Shown here: positions 34,819-47,923 of the stretch, piece after piece
How positions within the stretch are numbered: the stretch's first letter is position 1
How the letters are laid out: every line of letters begins with the position of its first letter
Assembly: GCA_028826165.1 (NCBI GenBank)
Contig: JAPDFW010000066.1
Coordinates: forward strand, 124,001 to 188,000
Length of the DNA stretch: 64,000 nt
Reading direction: 5' to 3'
DNA from: Anaeramoeba ignava BMAN
Lineage: Eukaryota > Protista > Anaeramoebae
Translations under genes and position numbers: made by a program
The notes under the pieces: model-generated
What the model was told of the DNA's origin: nothing
The model's input: only the letters and a program-made list of their open reading frames with translations
Databases searched by the model: none

Positions 34819-35797
34819 ATGGGGAATTATCAACCTTTTGAAAATATTTGTAAACAATTTCGATCAGAAAATCAAATATTTCGACAAATATCAAAAGGAG
34901 TTGTTTGTGTAATTCATTGTGTAAATGAAAGAATTGTTTTTTATTCCCCAGATTTTCTCAAATTATTTGGAATTAATGAAAAATCTCAAATAAGTTTACA
35001 AGATATTTCTTTTGATTTCCAACCACATTTTAATTGTTCAGTTAATGAAGCTAAAAATTTATTACTTTCATTTTTGTTAAAGTAGATTTTATTTTCTTTA
35101 ATTTTAATTATAATTTTAATTTTAATTTTAATTTTAAAAAAAATATTAGAAATAAAAAAACTTCTTGTAAAATAATTTGGAAATTTAAATCATTAAAAGA
35201 AGAACCATTTATTGCAGAAACAGATGTTTTTGTTGCTAGAAATCCATTTTTAGTAGTAATTATAGAACCACCACCAAAACAAAAAACAGAAAAAGAAATT
35301 GAAAAAGAAAAAGAAATTGAAAAGAAATTGAAAAAGAAAATTCAGAAATTGAAAAAGAAACAACAGAATATGAAACAAAAGGATTTTTCGATCAACGAAT
35401 TTCTGCACTTGTTAAACTACTTGAACAAGAAATGATTTTCAACTCAAATTTCGATAATGAAATTCAATCAAATGCTCGTTCTCAATTTTTAAAAGATCTT
35501 TCTAAAATGGAAAATATCTTCGAAAATCAATATAATGATTCTGTTGAAAAATTAAAAGAACTTTCTAATTTATTTCAAATGGATAAAATTGAAACTTTTA
35601 ACTTTAGAAAATTTATCGATCAACAAATTCGTAAAAATTTCGAAATTTCTCAAAATGATGAAGAAAAACAAATTCTTCATCTTTTTTCTCAAAATTTATT
35701 TCTGAAAAGATCTTTTTTAGCTTTGAATGAAACTTTGAAAAGACAATCTCTTATTAATGAAAATTTAAAAAAAATAATTCGTGATAAACTTGATTGA
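34819..35797 (+). CDS. PAS-domain protein with coiled-coil tail; 2 exons and one apparent frameshift
   Basis: RIVFYSPDFLKLFG...ISFDFQPHFNCSVNEA and IIWKFKSLKEEPFIAETDV resemble a PAS core and PAC. Intron 35082-35149. Adding one A to the run at ~35320 joins the 35432-35797 ORF. Confidence 0.55.
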
Positions 35798-36214
35798 TTA
35801 ATTTTAATTTTAATTTTAATTTTAATTTTGTTTTCTTTTTTAAAAAAAAAATCTATTACATGAAATTGTTAAAATCTTTCAATATCATTAATAAAATTGA
35901 AAATTAAATGAAAAGACAAAAAAAAAGTAAAAAAAAAATTTTTTTTTTATTGGAATTTGGACTTTTTGATTTTCTTTCTTTTTTTATTTAATTTATCAAA
36001 AAAAAAATGTCAAATAGTTTCTTTTAATTTATTTAATAAAAATTATAAATAATTTCTCTTTTAATAAATTCTTTTTTTTTTTCTTTTTTTAATTTTTTCT
36101 TCTTTTAAAAAAATTTTTTTTTCCCTTTTTTTTTTTTAAATTTTTTTTTTTGTTTTTGATAATTTTCATTTTTTTTTTTTAAAAAAAATATCTGATTCAC
36201 AATTTAATTTTATT

Positions 36215-39200
36215 ATGAATCCAAATCACAAAGAAAAAGAGAAAACGATAGTAAACGAAAAAATTTATTTAAAAACCGAAGAAACAAACAAAAAAGATAA
36301 AGATAAAGATAAAAATAAAAATAAACAAAAAAATAACAACGAATATAAAAATTTAAATGCGCAAAATTTAAGTGAACATTTAAAGCCTTTATCGACTAAT
36401 CAAAATATAGATAATTTTATTTCAAATAATTCCCAAATGGAATCAACCAATCTTCAGTCTTTAAATGAGTCTAAAATGCAAAATAATTTACGTACATTTC
36501 AAAAAAAAAATTGATAATAATTACAAAATGAATTTTATTAATAATTAATTATCAATTCAATTTTTTTTCTTTTAAAAAAACAAACAAACAAACAAACAGA
36601 AATTGAAATAGAATCAAATAAAGCAATTCAAGACAATACCGTAAATAATTTAAATCAATTAATACCTCAAAATGATTATATGTATCCAATTAAAAAAAGA
36701 GGGAAGCATTTACTTACTAAAATACAAGAAATTGAAAATCAAAATAAAAGACATAAAACAAAGAATTCTTCAATTCAAATCGATTCTATAAATGACTCAC
36801 AAACTAAATTAAAAATACAAAATGAAAATGAAAATCTAAATGAAATTGAAAACCAAAATCAAAATCAAAATCAAAATCAAATTGAAAAAAAAGAATCAAA
36901 ATCAAAATCAAAATCAAAATCAAAATCAGATAAAAAAAGTGATTTAAAAAGTAATTCAAAAAGTAATTCAAAAAGTGATTCAAAAAGTAATTCCAAAAGT
37001 AATTCAAAAAGTGATTCAAAAAGTGATTCAAAAAGTAATTCCAAAAGTGATTCAAAAAGTAATTCAAAAAGTAATTCTAAAAGTAATTCAAGAAGTTATT
37101 CAAGAAGTTATTCAAGAAGCAAATCGAAAAGTTACACAAAAAGCAATAGTGAAAGTGATAGAAGTTATGAAAGTTATAGTGATAACAGCGAGTACAGTGG
37201 AAATGAAAAAAGAAACAAAAATAAAAACAAAAACAAGCACAAAACAAGTCATCAAAATCATTCAGACTATCACCATCATAGTCACCATGAAAAACATAAC
37301 GAAAGCCATCAAAATACACATGAAGACTCTGATAGTAAGAGTCGACATGACCATCACCACGATCATCATCACAGACACCATAAGCATGATAGTTATGACA
37401 AATATCACCATTCTTCTCAGCACTCCAAATCAAGATATTCGCATTCAAGATCGCGAACACCAACAAAATATGAATCATTCACAAAATATCGTGGTAATGA
37501 TTCTTATTATCAATCTCGATATCAAAAACATCACCAATCCAAATATTCCCGAACGGATCGAAATTCCAAAAAATATAAATATGACAATTATCGAGAAGTG
37601 ACTCAAATCAAAATAGCAAACTTCCCACCTGATATAACGTATCGGGAATTGTTTGAAATCTTTGAAGATTATGGATTTATCCGACAGTTAGATCTTTATC
37701 AAGATTGTGCATATTTATTTTTGAATATGAGAAGGAATGTTGATATTGTTCAAACATTAGATAATATCAAGATTGGAAACAATTATTTGCAACTTGAGTA
37801 TGTGGAGAAATTTATGGAATATCAAAGATTTTTAGACGAATTTTCAATCAATACAAATAAGCATCGAGATGTTTATAGAAATCGAGAATACAACAAAAGA
37901 AACCAAAAATATTCCCATTCACACACACATTCCCATTCACACCAGAATTATGATGCTTATGATTCTGAATATTTGCACAATGATTCTCAATCAAACTTCG
38001 AGAATCGAGATAACGGAGATTATTTAGAAATGGAATCCAATCCAAATTTACAAAAAAAGTACGAATATGAATATGAACGTGAACATGATCATCCAAATCA
38101 AAATGAGCATGATCATGGGCACGAATATCAACATGAACATCAATACGAGCATGAAAATGCGCATGAATATGAACATGATTACGAGCAAAATTCAATGAAC
38201 GAACATGAAATGAATCAAAATCAATTTAATGAAGATCAAATGAATGAGAATCCAACTTATTCAAATTATCACAATTACCATAATTATCAAAATTATCCAA
38301 ATAATTCAAATAATTCAAATAATTCAAATAATCCAAATAATCCAAATATCCAAAATAATCCCCATTATCAAAATTATCCAAATCAATATCACCAACAAAT
38401 TTTACGGGAGGAAAATCAACAAATTCGAAATGAACCCACAACAGAAATTTATGATCCATCAATGAATTGGGAAAACGATATAAAACCCGAAAGTAATAGA
38501 GAATTAAAATATAACCCAAATTATTCCGAAATGGGTCAAGAAGAAATATTTGCGAAAAATAATCAAAAATATACACATCATCAACATCAACAACATCAAC
38601 AACATCCACAATTTTTCAAAAATGTTTCAGAAAATCAAAAAAATCCAATTCAATTCCCATATTCAAGATATCCACAAAATGCAAGAATTCCAGATGAAGA
38701 ATTATATAATGAAAATACTCAAAATATCAATATCAATATCAATAGTAATATCCATAACAATAACAACATCAACCCGAAAAATGTAGAATATAAAGAACAA
38801 CCATCATTTCCAAGAGAAAAAATGGTTGAAACAAGCATAACAAGACAAGAAGTCTCATCCAAAATTATTGTTCAAGGACTTAATCACCAGGATTTGACTC
38901 AACATAATATGTCTTCTCTTTTCTTTAAATTTGGTAATATTATAGATATAAAAATAATTCCTCATGCAGCAGCAGTCATTACTTTTGAAGACCCAAATTC
39001 TGCTAAAAATGCTGTTCAACAAATGAAAGGAAAAATTTTTAATGATACTATTTTATTTGTCTCAATTTTTCACAAATCTCATCCACAAAATCAAATTGAA
39101 AATCAAATTGAAAATCAAAATCAAAATGAAAATCAAAATGAAAATGAATATCAAAATGAAAATGAATATCAAAATCAAATTGAAAATGAATATCAATCTT

Positions 39201-39265
39201 ATTCGCATTCAACAAGAAATTCTCGATATTTGAATTCATTTGAATCAAATAATGATGTGTATTGA
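36215..39265 (+). CDS. Low-complexity RNA-binding protein with two RRMs plus SK/RS-, His- and Q/N-rich tracts; 2 exons
   Basis: Intron 36492-36599 (GTACAT...AACAG, phase 1). RRM1 IKIANFPPDITYRELFEIFEDYG...CAYLFL; RRM2 IIVQGL...LFFKFGNIIDIKII..AAVITFEDPNSAKNAVQQMKGKIF. Confidence 0.8.
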
Positions 39266-39597
39266 AATTTTTTTTTAAAAAAAAAAACCAAAAAACAACA
39301 AAATTTGTCATTTGAGAATTTTTTTAGATTTGGATAAGCAAATGAAAAATGAGAACAATTTCTTTTCCTTTTTCTTTTTCTTTTTCTTTTATATTATTTT
39401 TTTTTTTTTGAAATTTTAATTTTTTGAATTTTTTTTGATAACAATTAAATTGGATTTGGAAGAAATTAAATTTTAACTTTTCTTTTCTTTTTTTTGTCTT
39501 TTTTAAAAAAAAAAGGATTTAAAAAAAAAAAGAATTTAAAAGTGTCTTGCTTTTCTTTTCTTTTCTTTGAAATTAAAAAAAAAATCAAGGAATTAAA

Positions 39598-42500
39598 TCA
39601 TTTTGGATTAATTTTGTCAAGAAGTCTAGTTGCTTGTTTTATCAAATCATTCTGAGGGAATTCTTCTAAAATCCAATTTAAATGTTCAATCATTTCTTTA
39701 GTTTTCAATTCTTGAGCATTTTCTATTTTAAATTTTAAATAAATTTTAATTTAATTTAAATAAATTTTAAATAAATTTTAAATCAATTTTAAATCAATTT
39801 TAAATAAATTTTAAATAAATTTTAAATCAATTTTAAATAAATTTTAAATAAATTTTAAATAAATTTTAATTTAATTTAAATAAATTTTTAATCAATTTTA
39901 AATCAATTTTTAATCAATTTTTAATCAATTTTAAATCAATTTTAAATCAATTTTAAATAAATTTTAAATAAATTTTAAATAAATTTTAAATCAATTTTAA
40001 ATCAATTTTAATTAAATTTTAAATCAATTTTATATAAATTTTAAATAAATTTTAAATAAATTTTAAATCAATTTTAAATCAATTTTAAATCAATTTTAAA
40101 TAAATTTTAAATAAATATTAATTTAATTTTAAATCAATTTTAAATCAATTTTAAATAAATTTTAAATAAATTTTAAATCAATTTTAAATAAATTTTAAAT
40201 AAATTTTAAATAAATTTTAAATAAATTTTAAATAAATTTTATATCAATTTTAAATAATTTTTAAAGTTTTAAACAAGTTGTGAAAAACAACCTTCAATGG
40301 TAACTAAATTGCCAAGAGCACCACAGGCATATTTTTGAACTTTACTATCCAATTTATGATTAAACATTGCAACAACAATTAAACGAATACCATTATTTTG
40401 AGAAATAATCAATTTACTTGGATCATTCAAAGCGATATTCCACAAAGCACCGCAGGCATTAGCCTGTAGATCTTGAGATCTAGGGTGCAATTTCATTGAT
40501 TTAAGAATAGCCTGGATGCCTTTATTATCAACTATAATAGTGCGATTTTCATCTGAAATTGAAACAACCCAAAGAGTAAAGCAAGAAACAGCCTGTAATT
40601 GGGAGTCGCCGCGGAACTTTTTCATGGCCCGCAGAACCAGAATGACTCCATTGAACTTTGCAAGGATGGAACGGTTATCGGCAGAGAGATTGGCAATCTC
40701 TGAAAGAGCGCGAATGGCTGAGATTTGAATTTGATAATTATCATCGAAAAAATGCATGATTTCAAGAATTCGTTGAATCACTCCTTTCGCCCCAATAAGT
40801 TTTTTGTTGTCGATGCTGCGCGAGATGATCTCGAACACAAGAAGAATAATGGGGATCATATTCGGGGGGAACATTCTGAGACCCTTTATCAGGGAGATAA
40901 TCAGATCCGGAGCTGCTGGGATCCGAAGTGAATTTTTATCGTAATAAATTTCGACAAATTTCTCCAAAATAGCGAGCTTTGTCTCCCACAGAAGCCGCGA
41001 ATTGAGGGCTTCTGTAACGAGATCGATGTGTTTTTTCATGTCTGTTTCTGCAAATTTCGAATTGAGTTGTGCGAGTAAAGAAAACGGATATTGGATCGAG
41101 TATGAAATTATTCTCGACAATTTATTTTCCACATTTCCAAAATTAATTCTTCCATCGTCAATATGTTTGAATCTCTGCAGCAAGATGCTGATTAATTTCT
41201 GGCTGTATTGAGTCACTTTCGAGCTTATATCCACTTGCGAGAAGCAAGAAACATATAGCAATTCCTTTGTGAACACGTCGCTTGTCACACACAGATCGGG
41301 TGGTGCTGATGCAAATATAAACGTCATCTTGTGAAGCATCTCGCAAAGTTTGTCCTCGTTCGATGTCGTGATGTTGTCAGTGCTTAGAAGCACTGGTAGA
41401 CAGTTTCGCAGAAGAATGTTAGTCCATCGTGATATTTCATCTTTGGTTTTTGTTGATAAAAGTAGGTAATCGTGTATTAAATTGATGAAATGTTCGCAGA
41501 AATTTGTTGAGAGTTCGTGTTCTTCATCAATTTGCTCGATTGTTTTTTCGTAGTATTTATCGGCGCTTAAGCTTGGAATTCCTTTAATTTTCAAATAAAT
41601 TTTCAAATAAATTTTCAAATGAATTTTCAATTTTAATTTTCAAATAAATTTTCAAATGAATTTTCAAATGAATTTTCAAATAAATTTTCAAATCAATTTT
41701 CAAATGAATTTTCAAATCAATTTTAATTTTAATTTTATAAATGAATTTTAATTTTATAAATGAATTTTCAAATAAATTTTGAAATGAATTTTGAAATAAA
41801 TTTTCAAATCAATTTTAATTTTAATTTTAATTTTAATTTTAATTTTAATTTTATAAATAAATTTTAATTTTAATTTTATAAATGAATTTCAAATGAATTT
41901 TAAATTTTCAAATCAATTTTAATTTATTTTACCATATGAAAAATATTGTTCAAGCTTATTATAATTTTTATTTGAAACTAAAATCTGAATAAATTTATCA
42001 ATTAAATTGGGATCGTAATTGTTAACAAGTTTCAATTTTTCCATCAAATTTTGATTATTAACAGGAAAACCCTCTAATAACTCAGGAATAGCTTCAAATA
42101 ATTGCAAAACAGTTTGCTGAAAATTAGCATTTATAAGAGAAACAATTAATTTGTATTGTTCTTGATGTGTAAATTGTTTGATTTCTTCAACAAATGGATT
42201 AGATGTTTTTCGACTTGTTTGTTGTTCAAAATGAGAAATGATTAATTTTTTTGCTTCTGAATTAATGGTAGTATTGTGTTCTTTGTGTAAAAATGGAAGC
42301 ATAGCAAGAATTGCTTCAATTTGTTCATTTGCTGATTTATTGGATAATGTTTTAAAAAACTTTTAAAATTTTAATTCCAATTTTAATATTAATTTTAATT
42401 TTAGTTTTAATTTTAATTTTAAATTTTAATTTTAATTTTAATTTTAATTTTAATTTTTTTAATTTTAATTTTAATATTAATTTTAATTTTAATTTTAATT

Positions 42501-43552
42501 TTAATTTTAATTTTAATTTTAATTTTAATTTTAATATTAATTTTAATTTTAATTTTAATTTTAATTTTATAAAAATTTTAATTTTAATTTTAATTTTAAT
42601 TTTAATTTTAATATTAATTTTAATTTTAATTTTTAATTTTAATTTAAATAATTTTAATTTTGATTTTAATTTTAATTTTTAATTTTAATATTAATTTTAA
42701 TTTTAATTTTAATTTTAAATATTAATTTTAATTTTAATTTTAATAGAATTTTAATTTTGAATTTTAATTTGAATTTTAATTTTAATTTTAATTTTGATTT
42801 TAATTTTATAAATAATTTTAATTTTAAATTTTAATTTTTAATTTTAATTTTAATTTTGATATCAATTTTGATATCAATTTCAATTTTATAAATAATTTTT
42901 ATAAATAATTTTAATTTTAATTTTATAAATAATTTTATAAATAATTTTATAAATAATTTTATAAATAATTTTATAAATAATTTTGTAAATAAATTTTAAT
43001 TTCAATTTATAAATAAATTTTAATTTTAATTTTAATTTTAATTTTGATTTCAATTTATAAATAATTTTAATTTATTTTAAATAAATTTTAATTTAAATTT
43101 TAATTTCAATTTTAATTTTATAAATAATTTTAATTTTAATTTTAATTTATAAATAAATTTTAATTTTAATTTTTAATTTAAATTTTATAAATAATTTTAT
43201 AAATAATTTTATAAATAATTTTATAAATAATTTTATAAATAATTTTATAAATAATTTTGTAAATAAATTTTAATAATGAATTCTTTTCTTAAAATTATAC
43301 TTTTTGCATTTCTTTAATAACAAATTCAATCACATGTTCTTTTGCTTGCTGATTTGGATTAACTTCATCTTTGCCTATTTTTTCTTTTGTTTCTGGATGT
43401 GTCCATCCATTTTTTTCAAGTGTTTTTAAACTTACAGTTTCTCCTGTTTTGAGTGTTACAGGATCTTCAAAAATTGTGTTTGTAAAAGGATCTAATAAAG
43501 TAACTGGAATTGTTAATTGTTGTTTTTGAATTAAAAAAGAAGCGATTGACAT
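39598..43552 (-). CDS. U-box plus armadillo-repeat protein (putative E3 ligase), 4 exons
   Basis: Exon 1 U-box-like (IPVTLLDPFTNTIFEDPVTLKTGETV...HPETKE...PN); exon 3 ARM repeats (GIQAILKSMKLH...LQANACGALWNIA; VQKYACGALGNL). Exons ~43301-43552, 41933-42359, 40292-41581, 39598-39722; three satellite-filled introns. Confidence 0.8.
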
Positions 43553-43964
43553 GATTTTTTATTGATTTTTTTTTTAAATTATTATTAATAAAAGTAAAAT
43601 TAAAATGGAAAAAAAAAATGAAAAAAAAAATAAAAAAAAATTTGTTCAAATAACGAGATTTAAAGATTAATAAGTTTTTTTTTTTTAATTGATTATTTTT
43701 TTTTGAATTATTTTTTAAAAAAAGATTATTTTTCCTTTCTTTTTATTGGAAAATTTGATTTGGAATTAAAAATGAAAATGAAATTTGATTTGAAATTAAA
43801 AAAGAAAATGAAAATGAAAATGAAATTGAAAATTGAAATGAAATTGAAATTGAAAATTGAAATTTGATTTGGAATTAAAAAAGAAAATGAAAATGAAATT
43901 TGATTTGGAATTAAAAAAGAAAATGAAATTGAAATTTGATTTGGATTTTGTTGTTGATAAGAAA

Positions 43965-45617
43965 TTATTTCTTGCTAAAAATTTTCAAATCAACAATTCG
44001 ATGTCTTTTTCTTGAATAAAATGTACCCATTTTCTTTTCTAACTTGTCATCTGAAATGAACCACATTTCCCAAAATCTTGGATTAGAAAGAACAGAAGAA
44101 TAAGGATTTTTATCATGGAATTCATAAGGCAAATATTCAAGACCCCAATGAGAATAGCAACTAAGAAGAGTTTCAGAAATACCGATATCGTAGTCACCAA
44201 AAATAGGGCCATGATCCTTAGCATGAATCAAAGCATGACCGTTACCGTTATTATCCTTCTTGATCAACTCGAGAAGACCATATTTCTTAAATTGTTCTTT
44301 TGTGAGCATGGTTCCATCGACTTGAAGAACACCAATAAAGGATTTGTCATCATGAACATAGTATGAATTGTCATCTGAGAAATAATCACCTTTTGTGGAG
44401 AATCCCATAATAATATCGTTTTTATCTGTTGTGAAAAAAACGAACCAACTTGATTTGATATCTTTGCAGTTTTCATGTAGTTGTTCAACGGAAAAACGGT
44501 CTTTTTTTGTTGAAAAAATCGGATTGTCAAAATTTTCCTTACCAACTCCTTCAATGTCTTTGATGAGATCCTTTATTTGCGTGCTATTGTAGCTCTGGTC
44601 ACTCTTATCTTGAATCGGAATATCGATTTTGCTTGAACTAAATCTTCGCGGTTTGAAAGCTGACTCGGGAAGTCGGAATTCTTCAGGACTTTCATTTTTG
44701 AGAGAATTTTCAAGCTTTGTTTTTTCTTCGTCTTTGACTTTTTTTGCTTCGTCTTCAAGCCAAGGAAGAATGGTTGTGATTGTTGCGTATTTCCTAAGAT
44801 TCTCGATTACACCACTTGTGAAAATATGGAACGTATCAACACTTCCAAGTTCGCCTTTTGACATCAACGGAAAACGGATTCTTTTAAGGAAATCTTCTTT
44901 GAACATTTTTTTCGCGTTTTCTTTCATTCTTCTTGGACGTTTTCTCCACAAGTTTCTGAACTCTCTCGCCTTTTCTCCATCAAGTTTATGAACGATCCAA
45001 TTGATGACCATTTCGAAAAGATCCAGTTCCGAATAGATGTTGATATTATCAGAATCAAGAATGCTTATGATAACCTCCTTTGGAAGAAGCGTCCATTTAC
45101 GATCTTTTGAGTGAATGATGTCAGACAAATTGTGCTCAAATCGGGTCATTGCCGTTGAAAATAAAACCGCGTTTTTTCGGATCCAAGGCACTTGAATATA
45201 ACCGATAACGTTCTCGTTTGTAATTGATTCCTTAATAAAATCTTCGCACCAAAATGCAAGTTGTTCGTTCTCAAGAAGTATTGATGCTTTGTAAATTTCA
45301 AGAACGTTATTCTCGTCAATTTCAATTTCTCCAGTGTAAATGAAGTCCAAAATTTGCTCTGCAACTTCGGGTTTAATTGATTCCGTTTTTTCTTCAACTT
45401 TAACTTTTGTGAAGTCGAGTTTGTAATCTTTTTTGTGTTTTTCACTTCTTAATACTGATTCTCGTAATTGTGGGCATTGATGAATTACAAATTCTTTGTG
45501 AAGTTTCTCTTCTTCTTTTCCTTCAATAATAGCTATAACTCCTTTTGCGTTGGTTTTGTCTTTTCTTATCTTACGGAAATCTGATACTAAATCAATTAAG
45601 TTTGCTTTCATTGACAT
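43965..45617 (-). CDS. BTB-BACK-divergent TLDc protein, tandem copy 1 (most divergent, higher GC)
   Basis: [42 protein letters not shown]; TLDc-like FSTKKDRFS...HENC...HGPIFGDYDIGIS...IVDLKIF. Confidence 0.85.
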   Translation of the reverse strand: MSMKANLIDLVSDFRKIRKDKTNAKGVIAIIEGKEEEKLHKEFVIHQCPQLRESVLRSEKHKKDYKLDFTKVKVEEKTESIKPEVAEQILDFIYTGEIEIDENNVLEIYKASILLENEQLAFWCEDFIKESITNENVIGYIQVPWIRKNAVLFSTAMTRFEHNLSDIIHSKDRKWTLLPKEVIISILDSDNINIYSELDLFEMVINWIVHKLDGEKAREFRNLWRKRPRRMKENAKKMFKEDFLKRIRFPLMSKGELGSVDTFHIFTSGVIENLRKYATITTILPWLEDEAKKVKDEEKTKLENSLKNESPEEFRLPESAFKPRRFSSSKIDIPIQDKSDQSYNSTQIKDLIKDIEGVGKENFDNPIFSTKKDRFSVEQLHENCKDIKSSWFVFFTTDKNDIIMGFSTKGDYFSDDNSYYVHDDKSFIGVLQVDGTMLTKEQFKKYGLLELIKKDNNGNGHALIHAKDHGPIFGDYDIGISETLLSCYSHWGLEYLPYEFHDKNPYSSVLSNPRFWEMWFISDDKLEKKMGTFYSRKRHRIVDLKIFSKK

Positions 45618-46145
45618 TTTTTTTTTGTTGTTTAAAAAAAAATGAATTTTAAAAAAAAAAATAAATTTTAATTGAAGGCAAAAAAATAATTAAAAAAACT
45701 TTTTTTTTTTTCCTTTTTTTTAATTAAATTTTTTATTTAATTTTTTATTTAATTTTTTATTTAATTTTTTTAATTTTGATCGTTTTAATTTTAATAAAAA
45801 TTTAAAGCAAAATAAAAAAAAGGAAAAAAAAGGAAAAAAAGGAAAAAAACAAAAACAAAAAAAATTTTTTTTCTTTTTAATTTTAATTAAAAAAAAATGA
45901 ATAAAAAAAGTGGAATTTAAAATTAAAATTAAAATTGAAATTAAAATTAAAAGTGGAATTTAAAATTAAAATTAAAATTGAAATTGAAATTAAAATTAAA
46001 ATTAAAATTAAAATTAAAATTGAAATTGAAATTGAATTTAAAATTGAAATTAAAATTAAAATTGAAATTAAAATTAAAATTGAAAAAGAATTGGAATTGA
46101 AAAAGAAATGAATTTGGAATTGAAATTAAATTCGTTTTCTGAAAA

Positions 46146-47807
46146 TTATTTCTTTTCAGTAAAAATTTGGAAATCAATAATTCTGTGTCTTGTTTTAGAA
46201 AAAAATAATCCCATTTTCTTTAAAAACTCATCTTTAGAAACTCTCCAATTTTCCCAAAACTTTGAATTACCAAATAAAGTTTGATTAATTTCTTTTGGTA
46301 AATACTTGAAACCCCAATAACAATAGCAATTCAATAAAGTATCAGAAACTCCAAGATCATAATCTCCAAAAACTGGACCATAATTCACTGAATAAATTAA
46401 TGCATAATCATTTTTTTGATCTTCTTTTTTATCAAAATAAAGTATTCCATATTTCATTAGTTGATCTTCTGTTAGTTTTTCTCCATTCACTTGAAGAACT
46501 GCAATAAATGAAGATTCATCTGGAATGTAATTAATATCTTGTTTTCCTGATTTTAAATAATCAGTTATTGTTGAAAATGCTAAAATGATATCATTTGTTG
46601 TAGTTGTAAAAATCATAAACCATTTTCCTTTAATTTCTTCACAATTTCTTCGAAGATTTTGAATGGAAAATTGATCTTTTTTTGTTGAGAAAATTTGTTG
46701 ATAATTTCCAAATGATTCGTTATTGAATATTTTTTTTAAATCCCCAAAATCATATTTCATTTCTTTATTTTCTTGTTTTGGAAGATCTTTGATTTTTGGA
46801 CTGAATTTTCTTACTTCAAATGCTTTTTCAGGAAGTTGAAAATCAATATCAGCATTACTTTTAAAATAATTAATAAGCGCATCCCTTTTTTTTTCTTCTT
46901 CTTCCTTCTGATTATCCTCAAGCCATGGAATTTTCGAACTAATATCAATATAATCTTTAAGTTTTTGAATTAATTCTTGTGGGAAAATTTTGAAAGTATC
47001 AACACTTTCAATTTCTTCTTTTGGCATTAAAGGAAATCGTATTTTCTTCAGAAAACTTTTTTTGAATCCTTGCTTGATTTTATCACTAATTTTTCTTGGT
47101 CTTTTTCTTAACAGATTCGTAAAATCTCTGGAATTTTCTCCAATTTGATAATTAATCCAATTTATTGCAAATTCAAACAAATCAAGTTCTGAAGTAATAT
47201 TGATATTTTCCGAATCAAAAATTTCATCAACAACTTGTTTTGGAAGTGTTTTCCATTTTCTATCTTGAGAATGAATAATATCAGATAAATTGTGCTCCAA
47301 ATAAGTGATTGCAGTTGAGAATAAAAGAGGATTTTTTTGAATCCAAGGAATTTGAAGATATTCAATAACATTTCCATCTGTAAATGATTCTTTAATAAAA
47401 TCTTCACACCAAAAATCAAGTTGTTCATTTTTAAGAAGTATTGAAGCTTTATGAACATCCAAAACATTTTGTTGGTTAATATTAATTTCTCCAGTGTAAA
47501 TAAAATCCAAAATTTGTTCAACAACTTCAGGTTTAATTGGTTCATATTTTGTTTCTTTTCCATTTTCATTTTCAATTATTTCTGTAAAATCAAGTGTAAA
47601 TTTAATTTTTTTGTTTTCTGCTTCTTTGATTTCTGGAATAAGTTTTGGACATTGGTGAATAAGAAATTCTTTATGAATCTGTGTTTCTTTTTCTATTTTG
47701 TTTCCTTTTTTTGATTCAATAACTTTTATTGTTGCTGTGTTTGTTTGTTCTTTTCTTATTTTCCGAAAATCAGAAATTAAATCAACAAAATTTGGTTTAG
47801 CTATCAT
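46146..47807 (-). CDS. BTB-BACK-divergent TLDc protein, tandem copy 2
   Basis: Intact 553-aa ORF homologous to copy 1. Confidence 0.88.
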   Translation of the reverse strand: MIAKPNFVDLISDFRKIRKEQTNTATIKVIESKKGNKIEKETQIHKEFLIHQCPKLIPEIKEAENKKIKFTLDFTEIIENENGKETKYEPIKPEVVEQILDFIYTGEININQQNVLDVHKASILLKNEQLDFWCEDFIKESFTDGNVIEYLQIPWIQKNPLLFSTAITYLEHNLSDIIHSQDRKWKTLPKQVVDEIFDSENINITSELDLFEFAINWINYQIGENSRDFTNLLRKRPRKISDKIKQGFKKSFLKKIRFPLMPKEEIESVDTFKIFPQELIQKLKDYIDISSKIPWLEDNQKEEEEKKRDALINYFKSNADIDFQLPEKAFEVRKFSPKIKDLPKQENKEMKYDFGDLKKIFNNESFGNYQQIFSTKKDQFSIQNLRRNCEEIKGKWFMIFTTTTNDIILAFSTITDYLKSGKQDINYIPDESSFIAVLQVNGEKLTEDQLMKYGILYFDKKEDQKNDYALIYSVNYGPVFGDYDLGVSDTLLNCYCYWGFKYLPKEINQTLFGNSKFWENWRVSKDEFLKKMGLFFSKTRHRIIDFQIFTEKK

Positions 47808-47923
47808 TTTTAATTTTTTTAAAATGAAAAAAAATGAAAAAAAAATTTTTTTAAAAAAAAATATAATAAAAATCCACTTTTCTTTCTTATTCTTATTATT
47901 TATTCTTATTTTAAAAAAAAAAT

